Assembly (NCBI GenBank): GCA_963829055.1
Contig: CAWHHI010000004.1
Span: forward strand, 768,001 to 832,000
Length of the DNA: 64,000 bases
Reading direction: 5' to 3'
DNA from: an uncultured Gemmatimonadaceae bacterium
GTDB taxonomy: Bacteria; Gemmatimonadota; Gemmatimonadetes; Gemmatimonadales; Gemmatimonadaceae
Shown here: positions 40,718 through 50,091 of the stretch, piece by piece
How positions within the stretch are numbered: position 1 is the stretch's first letter
Layout of the letters: each line of letters opens with the position of its first letter
Notes under the pieces: model-generated
Databases searched by the model: none
What the model saw: only the letters and a program-made list of their open reading frames with translations
Told to the model about the DNA's origin: nothing
Made by a program: the position numbers and the translations under genes

Positions 40718-43700
40718 CGTGGCAGTCGTCGCGACAGCGTTCAGCGTCGTCGTCGCGCACCGGTGCGAGCTTCACAGCGCACACCTTGAACTCCGGAATG
40801 CCTGCGTACGGGTCGAGCGCCGGATTCGTCAGCAGGTTCACTGCTGCTTCGCGATAGTGCATTGGCACGAACACCTGGTGCCGTGCAACGCGCCCCGAGA
40901 TCCGCGCCGCGATCCTGATGCTGCCGCGTCGTGAGCTGATCGAGATCACCTCGCCGTCACGCACCCCGAGCGCTTCGGCGTCAGCAGGATTGAGCTCGAC
41001 CGTCGGCGTCGATTCTCGTGCATCGAGCGCGAACGAGCGGCGGGTCATCGTTCCCGTGTGCCAGTGATACATCTGGCGACCCGTGTTCAGGAAGAATGGA
41101 TACTCGTCGTCAGGCAGCTCTGCCGGCGGAAGGAACTCGACCGGATGGAACGACGCCTTCCCGTCGGCCGTCGGGAAGTTCTCGTCGAACAGGTACGCCG
41201 TACCGGGATGCGAGAAGTCGAGCACCGGGTACTGCAGCCCGGGCCCGCCATCGAGCCGAGCGTGCGACACACCACGCCACGACGGCGTGACGCGCGCGAT
41301 CTCGTCCATCACGTCGGCCGCGTTATGGAAGTTGGTCGGCAGTCCGATGCGGTTCGACAGGTCGATCACGATTTCGAGATCGCCGCGTGCATCGCCGGGC
41401 GGCTCGACCGCTTTCTTCGCGAGTTGAATGCGTCGTTCCGTATTGACGTACGTCCCGTCCTTCTCGGCGAACGATGCCCCGGGAAGGACGACGTCCGCAT
41501 AACGCGCCGTCTCGGTGAGAAAGAGATCCTGCACGGCGAGAAACTCGAGCTCGCGGAACCAGGTCTCCGCGTGTGAGACGTCCGGGTCCGAGATGATCGG
41601 GTTCTCGCCCATGATGAACATCCCGCGCACCGGACTCCCTTCTTTCGCGATCTGCGTGACCTTGAGCCCTGGCGTGAGCGGTATGCGCTCGTCAGGCACC
41701 CCCCACGTGCTCGCGAAGGTATGGCGAATCGCCGGATCGGTGACCGTCTGATAGTCCGTGTAGAACATTGGGATCGACCCGACGTCGCTCGCGCCCTGCA
41801 CGTTGTTCTGACCGCGAATGGGAATCATCGCCGCGCCCCAGCGGCCGATCGATCCTGTCGCGAGAATGAGATTGAGCAGCGCGGTAACGATATCCGTGCC
41901 GGTGCTGTGCTGCGTCAGCCCCATCGCCCAGAGCGTCGACGAACGAGGCCCGCGCGCGTAGATCTCCGCGGCCCGTCGGATAAGGTCGGCGCTCACGCCC
42001 GTGATCGTCTCACCGCGCTCTGGCGTGTACGGTGCGACGGCTTCACGCACCTTGTCGAAGGCGTGCGTGCGCCTGGCGATGAACTCGCGATCCTCGAGCT
42101 CGAGCGCGAGGATGTGGTGGAGCATCGCGTTCATCAGCGCGACGTCGGTGCCCGGCAACGGCTGCAGATGAATGTCCGCTCGAGCCGCGAGCTCGATGCG
42201 TCGCGGGTCGCACACGATGAGCGTGGCGCCGCGCTTCACCGCGCGCTTGATCGCCGCGCCGAATACGGGATGCGATTCCGTGGTATTCGCGCCGAGCAGG
42301 AAGAGGACGTCCGTCTCGAGCTCGATCTCCCGCATGGAGCCTGACGCGGCGCTCGTGTTCATCGCGCGCTGCATGGCGCTCACGGATGACGAGTGACAGA
42401 GCCGCGTGCAGTGGTCGACGTTGTTCGTGCCGATGCCAGCGCGGAACATGCGCTGCAGGATGTAGTTCTCCTCGTTCGAGCACTTGGCCGACTGAAAGAC
42501 GGCGAGTGAGTTCGGGCCTTGTGTGTCGCGGAGCCTCACGAGCTCCTGCGCCGTGAGATCGAGCGCCTCATCCCATGTCGCCTCGCGGAACATGGAGTAC
42601 CACTCGGATGGCGTGGATGCGCGATCGCGAGGATCGCCGAGCGGTGATGGGCCCGTGGGCGCGGTGCTCAACGGATTCGTTCGTGGACGACGCTTGTTCG
42701 TACGCGACTCGTCTTTCACCTCGAGCCATGGGCCGCCGCGTCGTGGCCACGGGCTCCCATCGGTTGATCGAGCAGCATCAGCGGCATCGTACACCCAGCG
42801 ACCATCCTGCTTCTTCCAGCCGCGGCGAATGAGCGGACTCGTCAGGCGGTCACGATGCTGCGCAAAGTCATAGCCGAAGCGGCCCTTCACGCAGGTGGAT
42901 CCCTGGTTCGGCGTATCCTCTTCGATCCACGGACTCTTCACGTGAATCACCTGATTGTCCTTTACCTGCAGATCGATCTGACACCCGACGCCGCAGTAGG
43001 GACAGACGCTGCGGACAGTTCGATCGAGAACAGGGAGCCGAGTCGAGACTTCACGCTCGGCGCGTCCGTTCCCGTTATGCACGGATGCTCCCTCTCCGTT
43101 GCTCCGGCCGTTGCCACGCGTGCTCCCGTTGTGATCGCCGTTCCCATCCGAGGGGCGTGCGAGAGAGAGGATGTCGTGAATAGCGCCTGTGGGACACACG
43201 CGCACGCATTCACCGCACCATGTGCATCCCGCGTGCTCCGGATTGCCATCCGCACCGACAATGATCTGCGCGTGATCGCCGCGATGCGCGACGTCGAGCA
43301 CGCCGACAACCTGAATGTCCTCGCAGGCGCGCACGCACCGGGTGCAGAGGATGCACGTCGACATGTCGTGCTGAATGATCGGATCGCCATCGCGGTCGTC
43401 TCCCTCTCTGAGCGGAAGTCCCGAGCGGCGCGCCGTCGGTACATCATAGCGCTGAACGAGCGACTCGAACTCGTTACGCGCACCGACGCGCGGAATGTCT
43501 TCCGCGGGGTACCGCTCGAGGAGCATCGACAGCACAGCCTGACGATTCTTCCTCGCGTCATCGGACTCGGTGTGCACACGCATCCCATCCGCTGCGGCGG
43601 TAGCGCATGAAGCAACGAGCTTGGGAGATCCTTCCACCTGCACGAGGCAGATTCGACAGTTACCGACGACTGGCAACTTCGGATACCAGCACAGCGTCGG

Positions 43701-43790
43701 CACGTCGATCGCCATCGCGCGTGCGGCGTCGAGAATGGTCGACCCTTCCGGGACCGTTATGGAGCGGCCGTCGATCGTGAGCGTTGGCAT
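40614..43790 (-). CDS. fdhF: Formate dehydrogenase alpha subunit (FdhF/FdsA-like, Cys form)
   Basis: 2Fe-2S (PTLC, GNCRIC, SC), CILCTRCVRAC, CTWCGECVRVCP, CPYCGVGC, CVKGRFG, active-site CTRLCH, RGQNNVQG, PEFKVCAV. Confidence 0.93.
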   Translation of the reverse strand: MPTLTIDGRSITVPEGSTILDAARAMAIDVPTLCWYPKLPVVGNCRICLVQVEGSPKLVASCATAAADGMRVHTESDDARKNRQAVLSMLLERYPAEDIPRVGARNEFESLVQRYDVPTARRSGLPLREGDDRDGDPIIQHDMSTCILCTRCVRACEDIQVVGVLDVAHRGDHAQIIVGADGNPEHAGCTWCGECVRVCPTGAIHDILSLARPSDGNGDHNGSTRGNGRSNGEGASVHNGNGRAEREVSTRLPVLDRTVRSVCPYCGVGCQIDLQVKDNQVIHVKSPWIEEDTPNQGSTCVKGRFGYDFAQHRDRLTSPLIRRGWKKQDGRWVYDAADAARSTDGSPWPRRGGPWLEVKDESRTNKRRPRTNPLSTAPTGPSPLGDPRDRASTPSEWYSMFREATWDEALDLTAQELVRLRDTQGPNSLAVFQSAKCSNEENYILQRMFRAGIGTNNVDHCTRLCHSSSVSAMQRAMNTSAASGSMREIELETDVLFLLGANTTESHPVFGAAIKRAVKRGATLIVCDPRRIELAARADIHLQPLPGTDVALMNAMLHHILALELEDREFIARRTHAFDKVREAVAPYTPERGETITGVSADLIRRAAEIYARGPRSSTLWAMGLTQHSTGTDIVTALLNLILATGSIGRWGAAMIPIRGQNNVQGASDVGSIPMFYTDYQTVTDPAIRHTFASTWGVPDERIPLTPGLKVTQIAKEGSPVRGMFIMGENPIISDPDVSHAETWFRELEFLAVQDLFLTETARYADVVLPGASFAEKDGTYVNTERRIQLAKKAVEPPGDARGDLEIVIDLSNRIGLPTNFHNAADVMDEIARVTPSWRGVSHARLDGGPGLQYPVLDFSHPGTAYLFDENFPTADGKASFHPVEFLPPAELPDDEYPFFLNTGRQMYHWHTGTMTRRSFALDARESTPTVELNPADAEALGVRDGEVISISSRRGSIRIAARISGRVARHQVFVPMHYREAAVNLLTNPALDPYAGIPEFKVCAVKLAPVRDDDAERCRDDCHAFRAGCHSERASRKPTERRQMRNRNRPDRGPLYP

Positions 43791-44003
43791 GACACGGACT
43801 CGTCGAGGAGGACAGGCGATATTTTGGAGTATATAGCGCGTGCGGAGGACTAGCGATGGGAGCACGGCGTGCGTCGACGCGCATCATCGCGCCGACATCA
43901 TCGACGTGTTCTTGGCGATTATTGCATCGAGTATCTCATGACGACGAGCTCGATGATATCGCGAGATATCGCGCGATATGTCGTGTTGATTCACGCATGA
44001 CTA

Positions 44004-44032
44004 TTGCATCCACTTTTTTCTAGTTCTATATT
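44004..44032 (+). promoter_or_regulatory. Putative sigma-70 promoter of tldD
   Basis: TTGCAT-17 nt-TATATT in an AT-rich patch about 40 bp upstream of the start. Confidence 0.55.
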
Positions 44033-44074
44033 CGCGAACAGTTCCTTTCTTGCGGCCAGCATCAAGGACACTGC

Positions 44075-45724
44075 GTGGCACCATCGCGACGAGCGTTTCT
44101 CAAGACGGCATCAGCGGCAGCAGCGACGATCGGCGTGAACGCCTGCGTCGGTTCTCAGCAGCCCCCCGCGAGCCCTCCTCGTCCCGATAACTCAGCCACT
44201 CCCGCCGCACCGCCCTCTACAACTGATGCAACGTACCGCGAGCTGGCAATGCTCGCGCTCGATGCCGCTCGCAGTGCGGGAGCGCAGTACGCAGACGTTC
44301 GCATCTCTCGCAATCGCGTGCAGTCCATCAACACGCGCGAACGGCGAGTACAGGGCCTCTCTGACAACGAGACGTTCGGCTTCGGTGTGCGCACGCTCGT
44401 TGGTGGCGCCTGGGGTTTCGCGGCGAGCAGTGACCTGACGCGAGATGAAGTCGCGCGCGTCGCTCGTCAGGCAGCAGAACAGGCGAAGGCGAATCGTGCG
44501 GCGCTCGTGCGCCCAGTCGTGCTTGCACCCGCACCAGTCACGAAGGAAGGCGTGTGGCGCAGCCCGGCGAAGATCGATCCGTTCGACATCGCCATTGAAG
44601 AGAAGGTGGCGCTGCTGCTTTCAGCGAATGAAGCGGCGCTCAAGGTTCAGGGCTCGCGCTTCGTGAACTCCGCGATGTTCTTCCTCCGCGAAGAGAAGAC
44701 GTACGCGAACAGCGAAGGCAGCTTCACCGTTCAAACGATCTATCGCGCGTCGCCGTCGATGACGGTGACTGCCGTCTCGACGGACTTCTCGGATTTTCAG
44801 TCGCGCCAATCGACCGACATCGCGCCAATGGGGCGCGGCTACGAGCACGTGCTCGACTCGAAGCTTGTCGAGAACGCGCCTCGGTGGGCAGAAGAAGCCG
44901 TGCAGAAGCTCTCGGCCAAGCCAGTCGACGTTGGTCGCTACGATCTCGTGCTGCACCCGTCGCACCTCGGTCTCACGATCCACGAATCGATTGCGCATCC
45001 GACCGAGCTCGATCGCGTGTACGGGTACGAGGCGAACTACGCCGGCACGAGCTTCGTATCGCCACCTGAGGAGAAGCTCGGGAAGTTCCGCTACGGCCCC
45101 GAGTTCATGAACATCCAGGGCGATCGCATGCAGGATGGATCGCTCGGTGCGGTCGGATGGGATGATGAAGGCGTGCAGCCCGAAACGTTCCTCATCATCA
45201 AGAACGGCGTCGTGAACGACTATCAGACCACGCGCGAGCAGGCGAACTGGCTGGAGTGGTGGTACAAGAGCCAGGGCAAGCAGACGCGCTCGCACGGATG
45301 CTCGTATGCGCAGTCGTGGTCGGACGTGCAGTTCCAGCGGATGCCGAACGTGTCGCTGCTGCCGGGCGAACAGAATCTCAAATGGGAAGATCTCATCGCG
45401 GCCACCGATCGCGGCATCGCCATCATCGGGGATGGGTCGTTCTCCATCGATCAGCAACGTTATAACGCGCAGTTCGGTGGCCAGCTGTTCTATGAGATCC
45501 GCGGCGGCAAGATCACCGGCATGCTGAAGGACGTCGCGTACCAGATGCGGACGCCGGAATTCTGGAACGCGATGGACATGATCGGGGGAAAGGACAGCTA
45601 CTGGCTGTGGGGCGCGTTTGGCGATGCGAAGGGTCAACCGTCGCAGTCGAATGCCGTCTCGCATGGATGTCCGCCGACGCGTCACCGCGGCATCAACGTC
45701 ATCAACACGGGACGTAAGGCGTGA
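44075..45724 (+). CDS. tldD: TldD family metalloprotease with Tat signal peptide
   Basis: SRRAFLK Tat motif, GVRTL..GAWGFA, HESIAH (HExxxH), DDEGV, QRMPN, KGQP.Q..VSHGCP. Confidence 0.92.
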   Translation: MAPSRRAFLKTASAAAATIGVNACVGSQQPPASPPRPDNSATPAAPPSTTDATYRELAMLALDAARSAGAQYADVRISRNRVQSINTRERRVQGLSDNETFGFGVRTLVGGAWGFAASSDLTRDEVARVARQAAEQAKANRAALVRPVVLAPAPVTKEGVWRSPAKIDPFDIAIEEKVALLLSANEAALKVQGSRFVNSAMFFLREEKTYANSEGSFTVQTIYRASPSMTVTAVSTDFSDFQSRQSTDIAPMGRGYEHVLDSKLVENAPRWAEEAVQKLSAKPVDVGRYDLVLHPSHLGLTIHESIAHPTELDRVYGYEANYAGTSFVSPPEEKLGKFRYGPEFMNIQGDRMQDGSLGAVGWDDEGVQPETFLIIKNGVVNDYQTTREQANWLEWWYKSQGKQTRSHGCSYAQSWSDVQFQRMPNVSLLPGEQNLKWEDLIAATDRGIAIIGDGSFSIDQQRYNAQFGGQLFYEIRGGKITGMLKDVAYQMRTPEFWNAMDMIGGKDSYWLWGAFGDAKGQPSQSNAVSHGCPPTRHRGINVINTGRKA

Positions 45725-47094
45725 GCAGTCTCCGCTCTCTCGTCACTGCGGCGCGCACCATGGGCCGCGAAGAGTGCGAAGCGCTCGCCAAGCGCGCGCT
45801 GTCGTTCGCCTCTGCAGACGAGACCCGCGTCAACATCAACAGCGGCGGGCGAGGCAACACACGGTTCGCCGTCAATCAGATCTCGACGGGCGGCGACAAC
45901 TACGACGCGACGATCGCCATCCGCAGCGCGTTCGGCAAGCGCAGCAGCGTCGTGAATACGAACAAGCTCGATGACGCGAGTCTCAAGGCGGCCGTGCAAC
46001 TCGCCGAGCGCCTCGCGAAGTTGTCGCCGGAAGATCCCGAGGCGATGCCCGAGCTGCCGCCGCAGACATATACCGAGTCGCGTGGCTGGAGCGATACGAC
46101 GGCGTCACTCGATCCGACGGCGCGCGCCAACGCGGCGCGCGCGATCACCGAACCTGCTCGCGCTGCGGGACTCGTCTCCACGGGTTACCTCGAGACACAG
46201 GCCGGTGCGACCGCGATCGCGAATTCAAAAGGATTGTTCGCCTACGGCCGGCAGACGGCTCTCTCGCTGACGACGACCGTTCGCACCGAGGACGGAACGG
46301 GATCCGGTTGGGCGGGAGCGACGAGTCATGACTTCTCGAAGCTCGATCCGAAGGACCTCGGCGCACGTGCAATCGACAAGGCGCGTCGCTCGGTCAACGC
46401 TGTCGCGGTCGAACCCGGGCGCTACACCGTCATCCTCGAACCCACGGCTGTCGGGAATCTCATCCAGTTCATCGTGTTCGCGATGAACGCGCGAAATGCA
46501 GACGAAGGCCGCTCGTTCTTCTCGAAGGCTGGGGGCGGGAACAAGATCGGAATGAAGGTCGTCGATGAGCGCGTGACGATTTCGTCCGATCCACTCGATC
46601 CCGAGGCGTATGCGAACACGTTCTCGAACGATGGACAACCCATCGCGAAGACGACGTGGATCGAGAACGGCGTCGTCAAGAATCTCTCGTATGACCGCTT
46701 CTGGGCGCAGAAGCAGGGCAAGGAGCCGCTGCCTACCGCGGGGACGGTGCGCATGTCCGGCGGCACTAGCAGCACCGAGGAACTGATCGCGTCGACGGAG
46801 CGCGGTATCCTCGTCACGCGCTTCTGGTACCTTCGCCCCGTTGATCCGCGGACGATTCTCTACACCGGACTCACGCGCGACGGCACGTTTCTCATAGAGC
46901 GCGGACGCATTACGCGGCCGATAAAAAACTTTCGCTTCAACGACTCACCCGTCTACATGCTCAACAACCTCGACGCGATGGGCCGCGCGGTTCGTGTGAG
47001 TGCGAGCGAGGCTGGAGGACCGGGCCAGGCGATCGTTGTACCGCCGATCAAGGTGCGCGATTTCAACTTCACGAGCTTGAGCGATGCAGTTTGA
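45721..47094 (+). CDS. tldE: TldE/PmbA family protein
   Basis: GTGA overlap with tldD; TRFAVNQI, ANSKG, EPGRYTVILEP, GILVTRFWY, TGLTRDG; lacks HExxxH. Confidence 0.88.
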   Translation: MSSLRSLVTAARTMGREECEALAKRALSFASADETRVNINSGGRGNTRFAVNQISTGGDNYDATIAIRSAFGKRSSVVNTNKLDDASLKAAVQLAERLAKLSPEDPEAMPELPPQTYTESRGWSDTTASLDPTARANAARAITEPARAAGLVSTGYLETQAGATAIANSKGLFAYGRQTALSLTTTVRTEDGTGSGWAGATSHDFSKLDPKDLGARAIDKARRSVNAVAVEPGRYTVILEPTAVGNLIQFIVFAMNARNADEGRSFFSKAGGGNKIGMKVVDERVTISSDPLDPEAYANTFSNDGQPIAKTTWIENGVVKNLSYDRFWAQKQGKEPLPTAGTVRMSGGTSSTEELIASTERGILVTRFWYLRPVDPRTILYTGLTRDGTFLIERGRITRPIKNFRFNDSPVYMLNNLDAMGRAVRVSASEAGGPGQAIVVPPIKVRDFNFTSLSDAV

Positions 47095-47332
47095 TGCCGT
47101 TTGATCGCGGTTTGATGTTGCTATTCGCATTTTCTCGTCGTGATGCTATTAGGTTCAACTCGTAACAAACGAACAAGGTCAATCGTCCGATAGCGGACAA
47201 GACAATCGAACATCGTGCGCGCTGTACGAGCGCATAACGAATCGGCCGTGTACCCTCGGGTGCGCGGTCGCTAGCCCGACGGTCCACCGGGGGATCGAAC
47301 GGGTTTTCCACTCCAGTACTGGAGATCGTACC

Positions 47333-47413
47333 ATGCCAATGAAAAAGAAAGCCGCGAAGAAAGCCGCGAAGAAGAAGGGTGGCGCCAAGAAGAAGGCCGC
47401 CAAGAAGAAGTAG
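47333..47413 (+). CDS. 26-aa Lys/Ala-rich basic peptide (histone H1-like)
   Basis: GGAG-N8-ATG; MPMKKKAAKKAAKKKGGAKKKAAKKK*; terminator immediately downstream. Confidence 0.75.
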   Translation: MPMKKKAAKKAAKKKGGAKKKAAKKK

Positions 47414-47433
47414 TTGGTAGGCAAGACGTACAG

Positions 47434-47467
47434 AGAAGCCGGCCGAGAGGCCGGCTTCTTTGTTTTC
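47434..47467 (+). terminator. Intrinsic terminator after the basic peptide gene
   Basis: AGAAGCCGGCC-GAGA-GGCCGGCTTCT followed by TTGTTTT. Confidence 0.85.
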
Positions 47468-47486
47468 TGCCCGACGAATGAACTGA

Positions 47487-48471
47487 CTACCGAGCGTAGC
47501 GCGCCGAGGCCAACTCCACGATCTGTCCTATGAGCGCGTCATACGCGATGCCGTCTCGCTCCGCGGCGCGCGCGAATTCGCTCTTCGCCTCGAGATAGCA
47601 GTTCGGGTTCACCTCGATGATGAACACCTCACCCTCATCTGTGACCCGCATATCGATGCGCGCGTAGTCACGAAGCCTGAGCGCATGAAACGCCTCGACG
47701 GCGACCTTCTGCATCCGGTCGCGTAGCTCGTCAGGCAGATCGTCAGGGAAGATCGACTCGGTGCCGGCGAACTCCGCGCCCTTCTCGTCGCCATCGTCAC
47801 CCCACTTCGCAGCCCAACTCGCGATGCGAGGTTTGTCAGCCGGGAACTTCGAGAAGTCCAACTCGATGATCGGCAAGGCACGCGCGTTCTGGTTGCCGAG
47901 CACCCCGACGTAGAACTCGCGCCCTTCGATGAACTCCTCGGCGAGTGCCGGCGACTGATACTCTGTCTGCAACTCGCCGATCTTCTCGAGTAGCTCGCGC
48001 ACGTCACGCACCACCGACTTGTGCGTGATGCCGAGCGACGCGTCTTCCTGCGGCGGCTTCATGATCGAGCGGGAACTTCACGTCACCGGCCCAATCGACC
48101 GCGCCACGATACACGGTCGCGAACTCGGGCGTCTTGATGCCGTGAAACTGAAGCACCTTCTTGCTCAGCGTCTTGTCGCCGGCGACGAGCAAGCCCGCGG
48201 GGCTCGATCCTGTGTAGCGGAGATCGATGAGGTTCAGCAGCGCGGCGATGTTCGATTCCAGCGCGCTCTTTCCCGCGAATGATTCCGCGAGGTTGATGAC
48301 GAGGTCGGGACGATCGCTCGTCAACGCCGACACGACCGGCTCCACCGCGTTGTCGACCATCACGCGCCGCGTCTCGTGTCCACCGCCGTGCAGCGCGCCT
48401 TCGATCTGACCAAGGACTGGATCTTCCTCGCCATCGACGGCGTCCTTCGTATGCAGTAGTACGATTTTCAC
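47487..48471 (-). CDS. ATP-grasp ligase (D-Ala-D-Ala ligase-like); frameshift near 48070
   Basis: DLVINLAES, YTGS, DKTLSK, KP..EDAS.GI, EEFIEGRE, DYARIDMR, IEVNPN. Confidence 0.9.
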
Positions 48472-49517
48472 GTTTCTTCTCCGCGGGGATTCCCGTGTAG
48501 TGCGTCGGTGAGTCGATAGTTCATCATCACGGCGGTGCCGAAGGCCGTGAGCTCGATGAGGGTCGATGCATCGAGCCCGCGCACGCGCAGCTCGAGCGCC
48601 GCGGAACGCTGGATAAGGAAGTCGATGAATGCACGAACGGTGATCGTGCTCTCGCCCGTCCAGTACGCGATGCGCGACACGATCTCGCGCCGATGCCGGC
48701 GAATGAACTCGGTCGCGACTTCGCCGTCCGGCGCCTCCTCCGCGGATCCGAAGAGCGTGCGCAGGTCGCCGTCGAAATGCCGTTCGTCGTCGAGCGGCAA
48801 CGGCTCGTCGAGACTTCGATAGTGCTCGGCGAGCGTGTACTGCATCGACTCGACAGGCAGGTCATCTTCTCCGGGCACGCCGACCGTGGGCGGGTCGTCG
48901 CCCAGGTCCTGCATAACGCGATCGACGTATTCGAGCTTCGCCAGCGCCGGCCACCCTGCGTACTCCGTTCTCCAATCCCGCCCAGGCGTGAGCCACACCG
49001 CGAACGACTCGGCGAAGTCCTCGTCCGGGTGCTTCTGCGCATACCAGCCGAGAATGTGGCGCACGTACTCGCGCGAGAACGGGTTCGCGCGGAACCGGTC
49101 GCGATACGGGCGCGAATACGGGCCGAAGATGCGGCGCCAGTCAGCGCGGTCGTAGAGGCGGTACGCGTAGTTGAACGCATGGCCGGCCTCGTGACGTAGG
49201 AAGCGCATCACGTCGACTTCCGATTCCACCTCGACGGCCAACTCCTCCTCGATGCGTGCGAGTCGCTGGTCGGCGAGATAGAACGGGATTCCAATGAGTG
49301 GCGTGTCGTCCGGGCATCCCCACTCATCGCTCAGGTAGACCGGCGGGTGGAAGCGCAGCCCCTTCGCATCGAGCTCGGCGTAGAGGCGATCGACGTACTT
49401 CTCCACGAGCGACCCGCTGATAGACAGGCCAAGCTCCGATATCCGCCGATCCAACAACGATCGGCGCTCTCCCTCCCAGTCATTCGACGAGTCATGCACG
49501 AGGTCGTGAGAAGGCAA
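48468..49517 (-). CDS. Putative zinc-binding metallopeptidase
   Basis: YLSDEW, GIPFYL, LRHEAGH (HExxH), YAQKHPDEDFAESFAVWL, KLEYV; GTGA overlap with the ATP-grasp gene. Confidence 0.85.
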   Translation of the reverse strand: MPSHDLVHDSSNDWEGERRSLLDRRISELGLSISGSLVEKYVDRLYAELDAKGLRFHPPVYLSDEWGCPDDTPLIGIPFYLADQRLARIEEELAVEVESEVDVMRFLRHEAGHAFNYAYRLYDRADWRRIFGPYSRPYRDRFRANPFSREYVRHILGWYAQKHPDEDFAESFAVWLTPGRDWRTEYAGWPALAKLEYVDRVMQDLGDDPPTVGVPGEDDLPVESMQYTLAEHYRSLDEPLPLDDERHFDGDLRTLFGSAEEAPDGEVATEFIRRHRREIVSRIAYWTGESTITVRAFIDFLIQRSAALELRVRGLDASTLIELTAFGTAVMMNYRLTDALHGNPRGEET

Positions 49518-49536
49518 GGCGCATACCGACTTGCCG

Positions 49537-49566
49537 AAAAAGAAAACCCCGCCATTGCTGGCGGGG
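49537..49566 (-). terminator. Intrinsic terminator
   Basis: Minus strand CCCCGCCA-GCAA-TGGCGGGG-TTTTCTTTTT. Confidence 0.85.
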
Positions 49567-49594
49567 CTGATAGATCGGTCGGGTGTAGTCGCTG

Positions 49595-49750
49595 TTACGC
49601 GGCTCGCGGCTCCGCCACCGCCGGCGCAACGTCGCCCACCTGGCTCCAGACATACGCCGCGAATCTCGGTGTGCTTTCGCCTCGACTGCCGCGCGAGATC
49701 ACGATCCCCATGGGCTCGTCGTTCGGCCAGCTCTCACGAATATCAGTCAT
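49595..49750 (-). CDS. Small hypothetical protein (51-54 aa)
   Basis: Manual translation MTDIRESWPNDEPMGIVISRGSRGESTPRFAAYVWSQVGDVAPAVAEPRAA*; GGAG 9 nt upstream; terminator downstream. Confidence 0.6.
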   Translation of the reverse strand: MTDIRESWPNDEPMGIVISRGSRGESTPRFAAYVWSQVGDVAPAVAEPRAA

Positions 49751-50020
49751 CGTCGTCATCTCCGAGTCAGGGAAGCCGGCAGATCACAATCGGCTCCCAG
49801 TGCACTAGCGCGTTGGACTACGGCTGCTTGCGCTGCTTTGTGTCGAGCTTGCTGACGACGACAGGCGGCCGATGCTCCACGAGAACGGGTCGCGGGCTCG
49901 ACCGCCTGTCATCCCACCTTCTATAAAGAGAAGGGGTCGTATCAGCACCCCCGCTCATAGCACCGGTGGTGCCATTGCGTACTTGCGAGACGCAAGTGCT
50001 TTTCTGACAATCACATACAC

Positions 50021-50050
50021 AAAACAAAGCCGACGCCAACGGCGCCGGCT
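50021..50050 (-). terminator. Probable intrinsic terminator
   Basis: Minus strand AGCCGGCGCC-GTT-GGCGTCGGCT followed by TTGTTTT. Confidence 0.65.
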
Positions 50051-50091
50051 GTCTCAAAAAGACACACTCGCAGAGGACACTTCGTATCAAT

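Noticed and set aside
42400..42420. Selenocysteine in formate dehydrogenase
   Set aside because: Active site reads CTRLCH with a Cys codon and no in-frame TGA
47179..47424. 81-aa Phe/Ala-rich minus-strand ORF
   Set aside because: It is the antisense of the Lys/Ala peptide gene, which has the RBS and terminator
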